DNA from: an uncultured bacterium
GTDB taxonomy: Bacteria > Bacteroidota > Rhodothermia > Balneolales > DATFMH01
NCBI GenBank assembly: GCA_963712305.1
Contig: CAVQHI010000001.1
Span: forward strand, 1,077,383 to 1,141,382
Direction of reading: 5' to 3'
Length of the DNA: 64,000 nt
Made by a program: the position numbers and the translations under genes
In this document: in pieces, positions 30,545-40,010 of the stretch
Numbering within the stretch: position 1 is the first letter of the stretch
How the letters are laid out: every line of letters starts with the position of its first letter
The notes under the pieces: generated by a model
What the model saw: only the letters and a program-made list of their open reading frames with translations
What the model was told of the DNA's origin: nothing
The model's database searches: none

Positions 30545-32299
30545 CTAAAATCGATGCCGGTATTGAAATCTTCCCTGAAGTTCTTTGAAATTCTGACCTC
30601 GCCCCTGCAGTGCTTCATTATCCAGGAAACGGACAGATAAATTGAATGTATCTTTGCTCGTCAGCCGGTATGAAGCCGAGCCGTTACCCATGATTTGTGC
30701 CATCTTCATATTTCCGGCAGTCACGTTCACACTGGGTGTAGTCTTGTTTGTGTTATATCCCCCATTCAATGAAAGTGTCAGTTTGTTCTGAAGCATGGAA
30801 TAACTCAGGCCAGTGTTAAAACCAATGTTATTGATATCCACTGAACTGGAGTGGTTTTTCATGTAGTTGACCGACGCATTGACTCCCATCCCGCTCGGCA
30901 GCGATACGCTATATGACATCATCCCGTTAATTGTGCTGGACCCAAAGTTCGAAGGAACATTAGCATTTGGCTGAGAAGACTGGTCAAGACTGGTTTTAAG
31001 GTTCAGATACGACAGACTCAGCGAGATCGTATGCATTAATGCTCCTGCCTGCATAGACAGGGTCGGCTGCACCATTATGTTATTGGAAACCTGTGTTTGC
31101 CCCAGGCCTGCCGTCAAAGAATCGGCAACCCCGGCCGTAGGATTTATCTTATGAATAAAAAGGTTGTAAGAGGTATTGACCGTGAAAAAATTGGAAAACT
31201 GGGTTTGAAGATTGCTACCAAGCTGAGTCGTTTTTTGGGTGGTCAGACGGGTTCCGTTGAGATTATCCCGGCCAATAGAAAGGTTGTTGGACATCACGAC
31301 ACGGCCACCGGCGAGTTTAAATTTAGGGGCGATACTAACCGTCTGCTGATCATCCCGTATCTGACTGACTCCAAGTGATGTAAAACCGGGTTGAATACGT
31401 TCCAGTCCCAGGCTGAGGGCAAATACATCTAGATCAAGAGCGGCCTTGGCATTTCCCGCATAATTCACTCTCGACCCTGTTCGCGGTTTGAATAATTTTG
31501 ATATAAATGGGGGAACCCCCGCACTTGATAGATCCAGCATTTTAGCATTTAAATCACGAGTATAAACCGAAACCGTAACCTGACTACTTATATTGAAAGC
31601 ACCTTTAAACATGGATATTCCAAAATCCGGAGTCAGTTGAAGGTTCTCTTGCGGTGTATCCACTGCCGTTGTATCCAACGAATTCTTATCATCAATGGCA
31701 TAGAGAGCATTGATGTAAAAATGACTCTTCTCCTCATCTCCAAAACCGATTTTCCCAGCCATCATCCACTGACGATAGGCAATTTGTCCTAAGCCAACAT
31801 TTGGTCCCGGCCTGACGGCACGCTGTGATCGCCCGCCGGTAAGTTCCAGATGAAAAGTACCCGGTGTGAGCTTAAGATAACCGCCCCGTATGGTTGCTCC
31901 GCTCAGACTGTATTTCCCCATCTGTGGACTTACGTCACCGACCTCAAGATGAAGCCAGTGCCAGTTTCCGTTAAAACCAAACCGATTCATGCTTTGCCGG
32001 AACCGGGAATTGTCAGATGAGTAGAGAAGATTCAGACCTGAATGAATCCCAAACAGTGAAAAGGAAACATTAGCATTTGCACGGGCAAGGAGCCCCGGCT
32101 GACGGCCATTAATTCCGTAGGCCTGGTACGCTTGTGTTGTAAACCCAACCGATCCGCCCGCCGTAAAAGGCTGAATATTCGTATCCCCTATACTGCCTGT
32201 GCTGATTTGAGCATCTGCCGTGTTTACAACAAAAAAGCATACCCCGAACATCAGCATTGCCAATGCTACAAGGTTAATCCTTATTTTTATTCGAATCAT
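30545..32299 (-). CDS. putative outer-membrane beta-barrel protein (584 aa from the ATG at 32299)
   Basis: Signal peptide MIRIKIRINLVALAMLMFGVCFFVVNTADA-Q with AAGGTGAGG just upstream. The sequence is rich in G/S/N/T/Y, shows alternating-hydrophobic strand patterns, and ends in C-terminal ...FQYRHRF (the terminal aromatic typical of OMPs). Confidence 0.6.
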   Translation of the reverse strand: MIRIKIRINLVALAMLMFGVCFFVVNTADAQISTGSIGDTNIQPFTAGGSVGFTTQAYQAYGINGRQPGLLARANANVSFSLFGIHSGLNLLYSSDNSRFRQSMNRFGFNGNWHWLHLEVGDVSPQMGKYSLSGATIRGGYLKLTPGTFHLELTGGRSQRAVRPGPNVGLGQIAYRQWMMAGKIGFGDEEKSHFYINALYAIDDKNSLDTTAVDTPQENLQLTPDFGISMFKGAFNISSQVTVSVYTRDLNAKMLDLSSAGVPPFISKLFKPRTGSRVNYAGNAKAALDLDVFALSLGLERIQPGFTSLGVSQIRDDQQTVSIAPKFKLAGGRVVMSNNLSIGRDNLNGTRLTTQKTTQLGSNLQTQFSNFFTVNTSYNLFIHKINPTAGVADSLTAGLGQTQVSNNIMVQPTLSMQAGALMHTISLSLSYLNLKTSLDQSSQPNANVPSNFGSSTINGMMSYSVSLPSGMGVNASVNYMKNHSSSVDINNIGFNTGLSYSMLQNKLTLSLNGGYNTNKTTPSVNVTAGNMKMAQIMGNGSASYRLTSKDTFNLSVRFLDNEALQGRGQNFKELQGRFQYRHRF

Positions 32300-32418
32300 A
32301 AACCTCACCTTCTCACACTCACGCCACAACCTCACAACAAATAACCCCAACCATTTTAATCCCACATAAACAGATCGTGTTCATTACCGGGGTTGTCATA
32401 AAAGTCCAGACTCTTCTA

Positions 32419-32967
32419 TTATTTAAGGCCCACCATGACCGCAGAGCTCGATATCTCTTTTCGTGAATCTCGATTTACCGGAATTACGGCCACTACATAC
32501 AGCATCTTAAAACCACCACTCTTTTGGAGGGCCAAATTTGGGACCCACCGATCGTCAGGAAACCAATGAGCATCAGGAAACCATTCATCACCCGGCAAGT
32601 AACTATCATCAGGAAGGTAGGTGCCGGATGGGAAATAGGTACCACTTGGGAAAAACGGGCTCTCACCGGAAATCTCGAATGAACGACTTTTGTAGCTTTT
32701 AACAATTTTACCCTTTTGAACAATTGATGTTACCAGTATGCATTTAACCGATTCTTGGATATCAGCCTTTACATATATGCTTCTTTCGACCAGTTGCTGG
32801 AGTTTGGAACCATCCATCTTTTGCCGGGGAAGCTGCATCTTAACAGCCATTTTTAGCTGACCGTACTGGGCATTTGCATTACATGTAAAAATCAGCAATA
32901 AAACGTTTAAAACCACTGCACAAATATTCCAGCACCGAATATTTTGTCCCTCTTTTTGAGCCTTCAT
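32419..32967 (-). CDS. small secreted protein with six tandem aromatic hexapeptide repeats
   Basis: AAGGAAAAGG lies upstream of the ATG at 32967. Signal peptide ...LLIFTCNANA-Q. Repeat block: FPSGTY FPSGTY LPDDSY LPGDEW FPDAHW FPDDRW. Confidence 0.6.
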   Translation of the reverse strand: MKAQKEGQNIRCWNICAVVLNVLLLIFTCNANAQYGQLKMAVKMQLPRQKMDGSKLQQLVERSIYVKADIQESVKCILVTSIVQKGKIVKSYKSRSFEISGESPFFPSGTYFPSGTYLPDDSYLPGDEWFPDAHWFPDDRWVPNLALQKSGGFKMLYVVAVIPVNRDSRKEISSSAVMVGLK

Positions 32968-33726
32968 TTTCACCTTTTCCTTATGAATAATTCCAATTAT
33001 GAACAGTCTATAAATTCACGTTGATGACGTATTATTTTTCGAAAGCATTAAATAAGTATTCTCCATTTTTATCATTAAAATGATCCATACGTTTCATCTA
33101 AATTTTACTTTTAAAAAGGTATTAAACCCTAACACTTTTTATCTTTAAACACATAATATGCTATGATTTGTCGTGTAATCATGGTTCATACAGAAGTCAG
33201 AATAGTAAACCAGATCTATCTTAATATCTGAGAAAACCGGGGTGAACCAATTGCGCAACACACTCCTCTATTACTGACTTCAACCAACCATTTTTATTTC
33301 TATTAGGCCACAACTAGAAATAAAGGTCAAAAATTAAACTTAAATATTCAGTGTGGATATATACCGTATTTTTAGATAAGAACTGTGCAAATGCACACTT
33401 TTATAATAGTCATGTAGGAAATAAATATGATACCAACTGATATTATATAATATTTACTAAATCTAATAGTATGATAATATTTTCATGACCTTTCTCATGA
33501 CTTTATATTTAATATTCCTAATAGTTATATACATGCATATAAAGTATATTACGCTCAAGTGAAAAAAATTTTTTGGGGAAAATTTTAATTTGTTTGGGTG
33601 AAAATACCGAGACCTCATTAGACAGCAATCTAAATTTTACGTGATTACGCTTATTGATTTCTTTGAGTCAAACAGACTATCCTCTTAAATACATTAGTGC
33701 AACTTTTTGGGGTTAGAAAAGGGGTT

Positions 33727-33984
33727 ATGAATACAAAACTAACATTGAAACCCGGTCAACGGGGAACAAAAAAGCTACTTAAGAAGTATGGCAACAGGCT
33801 CATTTGTGTGCGCTATCGCTACGATGAGGAAAAAAAGTTGCGATATAAAACTGTGGAGTTAATCGTCGATGTTTCGGAATGGGAGCCGAAAGAAGATGCG
33901 ATTAAAGATGAATCCATTCATCCTGAAATAGAAGAATTCAGCATTCCAGAAAAAAAGAAAACGTTCGACGGTAATTCTAAATAA
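33727..33984 (+). CDS. small basic conserved hypothetical protein (85 aa)
   Basis: MNTKLTLKPGQRGTKKLLKKYGNRLICVRYRYDEEKKLRYKTVELIV... I recall similar small proteins (KPGQRGTKKL...VCVRYRYD...KTVELIV) in unrelated bacteria but cannot name the family. It is the only credible ORF in the AT-rich gap. Confidence 0.45.
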   Translation: MNTKLTLKPGQRGTKKLLKKYGNRLICVRYRYDEEKKLRYKTVELIVDVSEWEPKEDAIKDESIHPEIEEFSIPEKKKTFDGNSK

Positions 33985-34479
33985 TCCGGATTTGTGGTTA
34001 TTTGTTTATAAAATTGTAAACATTTATAGCTATTTACGGATTATTTTCAGATCATATGTAAACTTATTGATTCGTTAATCTGTTTCCTGGGATTATTAGT
34101 CTAATTTCAAGATTACAGTAACGATACGTAATCTTGTCTATCGAGTATTAATTACTCAACAAACTATTTGCTCACCTATGTACAAAGCTTACCAGACAAC
34201 AAAATAATGCACTTCATTCTGGAAGCGCTATTATAAACAAAAATAGTATATAGCTTAACAAAAGCTGTTTGGGGCATTCGGCTTACATTGTAGTCGAAAG
34301 CTAATATTAACATTTACCCAGTTTATGGGGACATTGGATTAGCGCAAAACTTATAAAAACGTATTGATCAAAAAATTTACGAGTCTCATTCGGTTATTTG
34401 TCATTTGAGCATTTCTTTAGCCCTATCCACGACAATTGGCCGATCACCTGATTTTTTCAATCTGTAACCATTGAAGCAT

Positions 34480-36036
34480 ATGTCTAATGCAGGATTAATA
34501 AAGCAACTCATAGACAAACGTACAGAAGCCCGCATGGGTGGTGGTGAAAAGCGAATTGATGCACAGCATACAAAAGGAAAGCTGACCGCTCGCGAACGCA
34601 TAAATTTACTGCTTGATGATGGAAGCTTCGAAGAATATGATATGTTTGTCACACATCGGTGCACCAACTTTGGAATGGAGGATAAAAAATTCCTGACAGA
34701 TGGTGTTGTAACCGGTCGCGGAACAGTCGATGGACGACTGGTATATGTCTTCTCACAAGATTTTACCATTTTTGGAGGATCTCTGTCCGAAACCTTTGCC
34801 GAAAAAATTGTCAAGGTGATGGACCAGGCGATGAAAGTCGGAGCACCGATTATTGGATTTAACGATAGCGGAGGCGCTCGTATCCAGGAAGGTGTTACCA
34901 GTCTTGCTGGGTATGCCGACATTTTCGAACGTAACATACTGGCATCCGGAGTGATACCACAAATTTCGGCGATCTTCGGTCCATGCGCTGGCGGAGCGGT
35001 ATATTCTCCTGCACTGACTGATTTTACGATTATGACCGACAAGACCAGTTATATGTTTGTCACTGGTCCAAAAGTCGCCAAAACCGTTACGGGAGAAGAC
35101 ATTAATGAAGAAGAACTGGGTGGAGCAACGGTACACGCAACCAAATCTGGCGTAACCCATTTCGTTGCTGATAATGAAGAAGAAGGCATCCTGTTGATCC
35201 GGAAGCTTCTGAGTTATCTGCCGCAAAACAACCTCGAAGATCCACCTGTCATCAAATGCAATGATCCCATAGACCGGATTGATGATACGCTCAATGAAAT
35301 TGTACCCGAGAATCCCAATGTGCCATATGATGTCACAGACGTGATTCAGACGATTGTCGACGAAGGTGAATTTCTTGAAGTCCATCGCAGATACGCTCGT
35401 AACATCGTCATTGGTTTTTCCCGGTTCAACGGCATGCCTGTCGGAATCGTCGCAAATCAACCCAAGTTTCTGGCCGGTGTCCTGGATATTGACGGATCAC
35501 GAAAAGCTGCACGATTTGTCCGTTTTTGTGATGCATTCAATATCCCACTTGTCACCCTCGTGGATGTTCCTGGTTTTCTGCCGGGAAGTGCTCAGGAATA
35601 CGGCGGCATTATTATGCATGGCGCCAAGCTGCTTTTTGCATTCGGTGAAGCCACGGTTCCAAAGATAACTGTCATTCTTCGCAAAGCGTATGGCGGTGCA
35701 TATGACGTCATGAGTTCCAAACACTTACGTGGTGACATTAATTATGCATGGCCATCGGCAGAAATAGCTGTGATGGGACCCAAAGGTGCTATGGAAGTCC
35801 TCTACGCCAAAGAAATAAATAGCAAAGCACCGGAAGAAGCAGCCAGCTTTCTTGCTGAAAAAGAAAAAGAATACCGTGATATGTTTGCCAATCCCTACAT
35901 AGCCGCACGTTATGGTTATATAGACGATATCATAGAACCAAGATACACGAGATTCCGCATCATTCGTGCCCTGCAGACACTGGCTACAAAGAAGCTGGTC
36001 AATCCGCCTAAGAAGCACTGTAACATCCCACTCTAA
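34480..36036 (+). CDS. methylmalonyl-CoA decarboxylase alpha subunit / acyl-CoA carboxyltransferase
   Basis: Carboxyl-transferase family sequence throughout ([43 protein letters not shown]). Confidence 0.9.
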   Translation: MSNAGLIKQLIDKRTEARMGGGEKRIDAQHTKGKLTARERINLLLDDGSFEEYDMFVTHRCTNFGMEDKKFLTDGVVTGRGTVDGRLVYVFSQDFTIFGGSLSETFAEKIVKVMDQAMKVGAPIIGFNDSGGARIQEGVTSLAGYADIFERNILASGVIPQISAIFGPCAGGAVYSPALTDFTIMTDKTSYMFVTGPKVAKTVTGEDINEEELGGATVHATKSGVTHFVADNEEEGILLIRKLLSYLPQNNLEDPPVIKCNDPIDRIDDTLNEIVPENPNVPYDVTDVIQTIVDEGEFLEVHRRYARNIVIGFSRFNGMPVGIVANQPKFLAGVLDIDGSRKAARFVRFCDAFNIPLVTLVDVPGFLPGSAQEYGGIIMHGAKLLFAFGEATVPKITVILRKAYGGAYDVMSSKHLRGDINYAWPSAEIAVMGPKGAMEVLYAKEINSKAPEEAASFLAEKEKEYRDMFANPYIAARYGYIDDIIEPRYTRFRIIRALQTLATKKLVNPPKKHCNIPL

Positions 36037-36047
36037 CGGAGATCACA

Positions 36048-36407
36048 ATGATAAATCTGCTTGTATTTGATTTCAGCCTGATCACCGAAAGTGAGATTAT
36101 GATGACATTCGTGGGTATGTCAGTCGTCTTTTTTGTCCTATTCCTACTCTACGTAGTGTTTAGCACTATTCCCAAACTGCTGAACTTACGGCTTCTTGAT
36201 TTTAAAAAAGCTGTCTATAAAAATGAAGAAAAGAAGGGAAAGGTAGAACTGACCGGTGAAATTAACGCGGCCATAAGCATGGCCTTGTACCTGTATCTGG
36301 AGGAACAACACGACGACGAAGATATGGTCCTGACCCAGGAGAAAGTCTCACGTATCTACTCACCCTGGAGTTCCAAAATTTACGGTGTCATGCAATCCCA
36401 GCAATAA
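36048..36407 (+). CDS. OadG-family small membrane subunit of the Na+-translocating decarboxylase
   Basis: One N-terminal TM helix (FVGMSVVFFVLFLLYVVF) and a position between the carboxyltransferase and BCCP genes. Confidence 0.6.
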   Translation: MINLLVFDFSLITESEIMMTFVGMSVVFFVLFLLYVVFSTIPKLLNLRLLDFKKAVYKNEEKKGKVELTGEINAAISMALYLYLEEQHDDEDMVLTQEKVSRIYSPWSSKIYGVMQSQQ

Positions 36408-36417
36408 AGAAACTGCT

Positions 36418-36837
36418 ATGAAAGACTTTAAATTTGTTATTAATGGTAATCAATACTCAGTAACGATCAATAATATTGAAGACAACATTGCCGAGATTGA
36501 TGTAAACGGATCATCATATAAGGTAAAATTACAAAAGGAAATTAAAACTCCTAAAACACCGAAATTGATCCGTACGGCTCTTCCTTCCAAACAGGAAAAT
36601 AAACCTCTGACCCGTTCAGGAAAACTAACTGTCATCAAAGCACCTCTTCCCGGAAATATCCTTCAGTTAATGGTTCATGAAGGTGATACGGTTAAAAAAG
36701 AACAGAAGCTGATGGTACTTGAAGCCATGAAGATGGAGAATCTGATCCTGGCTGAAACAGACGGTGTAATCAAACGCATTGCCGCCCATGTTGGTGATGT
36801 TGTATCTCAGGATCAGGTATTAGTTGAAATTGAGTAG
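36418..36837 (+). CDS. biotin carboxyl carrier subunit
   Basis: Biotinylation motif LEAMKMEN near the C-terminus. The ATG at 36418 is preferred over the 36385 start. Confidence 0.85.
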   Translation: MKDFKFVINGNQYSVTINNIEDNIAEIDVNGSSYKVKLQKEIKTPKTPKLIRTALPSKQENKPLTRSGKLTVIKAPLPGNILQLMVHEGDTVKKEQKLMVLEAMKMENLILAETDGVIKRIAAHVGDVVSQDQVLVEIE

Positions 36838-36846
36838 AGGTGAATA

Positions 36847-37983
36847 ATGGAAGGGTTACTAAAATTTCTTGAATACACTGGCTTTGCCAACATCACCTAT
36901 GGCAATGCCATAATGATTGTTGTTGGGTGTATTTTCATTTTTCTTGCCATTCGATACGAATATGAGCCACTCTTGCTGGTTCCTATCGGTTTTGGCATAA
37001 TCATCGGTAATATCCCTTACCTTCAAAATGCCGGTTTACAACTTGGCATTTATGAACCGGGAAGTGTGATGAATTACCTGTACTATGGCGTGCTCAAGGG
37101 GGTTTATCCACCCTTGATATTTCTGGGTATCGGCGCAATGACCGACTTCTCGACCTTGATATCGAATCCGAAATTGATCCTGCTCGGTGCGGCTGCACAG
37201 ATTGGTATCTTCCTCACATTCCTTGGTGCAATCGCATTAGGTTTCACTCAGGCTGAGGCTGGCTCAATTGGTATCATTGGTGGCGCAGATGGTCCGACGG
37301 CTATATTTCTTACATCCAGACTGGCACCACAACTGATTGGTTCGATCGCCATCGCGGCCTACTCGTATATGGCGCTCGTTCCGGTAATTCAGCCACCCAT
37401 CATGCGACTACTGACTACCGATAAAGAACGACGAATCAAGATGAAGCCACCTCGTGCCGTTTCCAAGACTGAGAAAATCCTGTTCCCTATTATCGGCTTC
37501 CTGCTGACAGCATTCATTGCACCAAGCGCTATGCCGCTTCTGGGAATGCTTTTCTTCGGTAATTTGCTCAAAGAGTCGATGGTAACAAAACGTCTGGCAG
37601 ATACCGCCCGCACCACTTTTATCGATATCGTTACAATACTGTTGGGTGTTACTGTCGGTGCATCAACTCAGGCATCAACATTTCTGACACAACAGTCTAT
37701 AATGATTTTTGTGCTCGGCGCTTTGTCATTTATGATAGCAACGGCTGCCGGTATTTCATTTGCCAAATTTATGAATCTTTTCCTCTCGAAAGAAAATAAA
37801 ATCAATCCGCTTATTGGATCTGCAGGTGTTTCCGCCGTACCCGACAGTGCACGGGTATCTCAAACCGAAGGGTTGAGAGTCGACTCGAGTAATCACCTTC
37901 TTATGCATGCCATGGCTCCAAACGTAGCGGGCGTTATCGGTTCAGCTATAGCGGCCGGTATCTTAATGAGCTTCTTGATGTAA
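36847..37983 (+). CDS. sodium ion-translocating decarboxylase beta subunit
   Basis: Polytopic membrane protein with OadB/MmdB-like motifs (GIGAMTDF, GAAAQIGIF, IIGGADGPTAIF, GSAGVSAVP). Confidence 0.9.
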   Translation: MEGLLKFLEYTGFANITYGNAIMIVVGCIFIFLAIRYEYEPLLLVPIGFGIIIGNIPYLQNAGLQLGIYEPGSVMNYLYYGVLKGVYPPLIFLGIGAMTDFSTLISNPKLILLGAAAQIGIFLTFLGAIALGFTQAEAGSIGIIGGADGPTAIFLTSRLAPQLIGSIAIAAYSYMALVPVIQPPIMRLLTTDKERRIKMKPPRAVSKTEKILFPIIGFLLTAFIAPSAMPLLGMLFFGNLLKESMVTKRLADTARTTFIDIVTILLGVTVGASTQASTFLTQQSIMIFVLGALSFMIATAAGISFAKFMNLFLSKENKINPLIGSAGVSAVPDSARVSQTEGLRVDSSNHLLMHAMAPNVAGVIGSAIAAGILMSFLM

Positions 37984-38036
37984 ATCGTTACTAATCGTTT
38001 GTTACCCATATGGTTGTGCCTTAAAGTACGAATAAT

Positions 38037-38075
38037 AGGTCCGGTAGAAGTTATGTTTTGCCGGACCTTTTTTTC
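38037..38075 (+). terminator. rho-independent terminator of the decarboxylase operon
   Basis: Stem AGGTCCGG / CCGGACCT followed by T7. Confidence 0.85.
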
Positions 38076-38212
38076 ATTCTGAATACGCGAGGATTTTTAA
38101 AAATAATAACGTTAACACTCCCAATCACGGGCAACCTTTGTTTGATGTTTCAAAAATTTATACTAAGATAACGCAATCGAATCCTTAGCGTGTGACGTAA
38201 AAAATTAAAAAA

Positions 38213-39604
38213 ATGGCAAAAAATAATCAGTCAGCTAGCCTTGATCATTCACAAGGCAGTCTGTCTTATCTTATTCTGATCAGCATTGTAGCTGCAATTG
38301 GAGGGTTATTATTCGGTTTTGACACAGCGGTTATCTCCGGAGCTAATGCTTATATAAAGACTCAATTCTCGCTCTCGTCCATCATGGAAGGCTGGATGGT
38401 TAGTTCCGTCCTTGTTGGATGTACAATTGGCGCTGGTATTGCAGGTACTCTAAGTGATCGTTTCGGGCGCAAGAAAACGATGCTCCTGACGGCTATCCTG
38501 TTCACTGCTGGTGGCCTTGGACAGGCATTGGCAGTAGATCTCGAAATACTGATTATCTTCCGCATTATATGTGGTATGGGTATCGGGATGGCATCAATGC
38601 TCTCTCCTATGTACATCGCCGAAGTGTCACCACCACACCTTCGTGGTCGCCTCGTATCGCTTCAACAGTTGGCCATCGTAACTGGTATCCTGGTAGCCTA
38701 TTTATCTAACTCGATTATTGCTCACACCGAGCTGACTGATGCTCTCAAATGGCGCTGGATGCTTGGAGCAGAGGTCATTCCGGCCGCCATCTACTTTTTC
38801 TTATTGTTCTTTGTTCCTGAGAGCCCACGCTGGCTTACCAAATTTGGCGACATGGAAAAAGCACGTTCCATCATAGCCCGTATTGCCGGTTCAGAAATTG
38901 CCAATAAGGAAATTGCAGAGATCAAAAAATCTCTGCAACAGGAAAAAGGAAAGTTCTCAGAGCTCTTCAAGCCGGGTATCAGGATGGCACTCATTATTGG
39001 CGTATCATTGGCAATCCTGCAACAGTTTGTCGGAATCAACACCGTCATTTATTACGCGCCGATTATTTTCAAAAAGACAGGATTTGGTGCTGCAAGTGCA
39101 CTTGGAGCCACTGTCTGGGTCGGTGCCATCAACTTTCTTTTCACGCTTGTTGCCATTTGGCTGATCGATAAGATCGGACGTAAGGCATTACTGCTTTATG
39201 GAGCCGTAGGAATGGGTATCTCCCTCTTCATGATTGGTCTTTTATTTAAGATGCAAGCTTTTGGCGGTCCATGGATACTCATCTTTATCCTGATGTACAT
39301 CGCCTGTTTTGCTGCTTCGTTCGGTCCCGTCGTGTGGGTTATGATCTCAGAAATTTATCCCAATAAAATCAGAGGACGTGCCGCCTCGGTAGCCACCATG
39401 TCAAACTGGGTTTCAAATTTCTTTGTCACCCTGCTATTCCCGGTCATGCTAGATGGATTGGGTGAACCAATCAGCTTTTGGATCTTCTTTGCATGGTGTA
39501 TTGTCTCCTTTATCTTCGTCTATCGTTTCGTCCCTGAAACGAAAGGTAAGTCTCTTGAAGAAATCGAGAAATCATGGGATGTGGTTTCATTTGAGGGAAA
39601 GTGA
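38213..39604 (+). CDS. sugar porter family MFS transporter
   Basis: Motifs GRKKTMLL, PESPRWL and PETKGKSLEEIE, with 12 predicted TM segments. Confidence 0.9.
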   Translation: MAKNNQSASLDHSQGSLSYLILISIVAAIGGLLFGFDTAVISGANAYIKTQFSLSSIMEGWMVSSVLVGCTIGAGIAGTLSDRFGRKKTMLLTAILFTAGGLGQALAVDLEILIIFRIICGMGIGMASMLSPMYIAEVSPPHLRGRLVSLQQLAIVTGILVAYLSNSIIAHTELTDALKWRWMLGAEVIPAAIYFFLLFFVPESPRWLTKFGDMEKARSIIARIAGSEIANKEIAEIKKSLQQEKGKFSELFKPGIRMALIIGVSLAILQQFVGINTVIYYAPIIFKKTGFGAASALGATVWVGAINFLFTLVAIWLIDKIGRKALLLYGAVGMGISLFMIGLLFKMQAFGGPWILIFILMYIACFAASFGPVVWVMISEIYPNKIRGRAASVATMSNWVSNFFVTLLFPVMLDGLGEPISFWIFFAWCIVSFIFVYRFVPETKGKSLEEIEKSWDVVSFEGK

Positions 39605-39978
39605 AGAATAAGCAGAGTTCCAATAATAACGGCAACTGGTTTAATCTGGTCATTCTGGACGTACTGGTCACCGGTTTGGTAGTGATCAGTACTTTCTGGA
39701 TGCCACCGCTTCTGCATTATTTATTATATGGCTACAGTGGACTCCTGCTCATCATGCGTGCTCTTACTCTGATCAATAATGGATTAGGCACACCGATGAT
39801 CAAAAAAGAACAACAGGTGCCCGACTGGTTCTACCATGTAAACTACTTCATATGCACGGCTATTTTTTTTATCACTATGGAGTACGTGTTGGGAGGTATG
39901 TGGGCTGTAATATGGCTTCTTTCCTGGATATCAACTCTAAAATCTTCCCGGACTGCAACCAGTTCAAAAAGAGGCTGA
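39601..39978 (+). CDS. hypothetical small membrane protein
   Basis: The GTG start overlaps the upstream stop (GTGA). It has 3-4 hydrophobic helices and I recognise no family. Confidence 0.35.
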   Translation: MKNKQSSNNNGNWFNLVILDVLVTGLVVISTFWMPPLLHYLLYGYSGLLLIMRALTLINNGLGTPMIKKEQQVPDWFYHVNYFICTAIFFITMEYVLGGMWAVIWLLSWISTLKSSRTATSSKRG

Positions 39979-40010
39979 TTATAATATCATCTTAAGAGAT
40001 TTGTCGGTAG

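Noticed and set aside
18408-32299. Two-partner secretion (TpsB/TpsA), autotransporter or T9SS cargo as the explanation for the barrel plus giant protein
   Set aside because: The barrel shows no POTRA-like N-terminus. The giant protein has no TPS-like N-terminal domain (NPNL/NPNGI-type motifs) and no C-terminal barrel, and I do not recognise a T9SS CTD at its end (...VQVNKPVYNYNINSSFGN). This is rejected only provisionally, because profile searches are needed.
33384-33397. Palindrome TGTGCA-AA-TGCACA in the AT-rich gap as an operator
   Set aside because: A 6-2-6 palindrome is expected by chance about once per few kb, and there is no second copy in the window.
34401-35460. Minus-strand ORFs of 213 and 235 aa
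   Set aside because: They are antisense to the strongly conserved carboxyltransferase gene. These are shadow ORFs.
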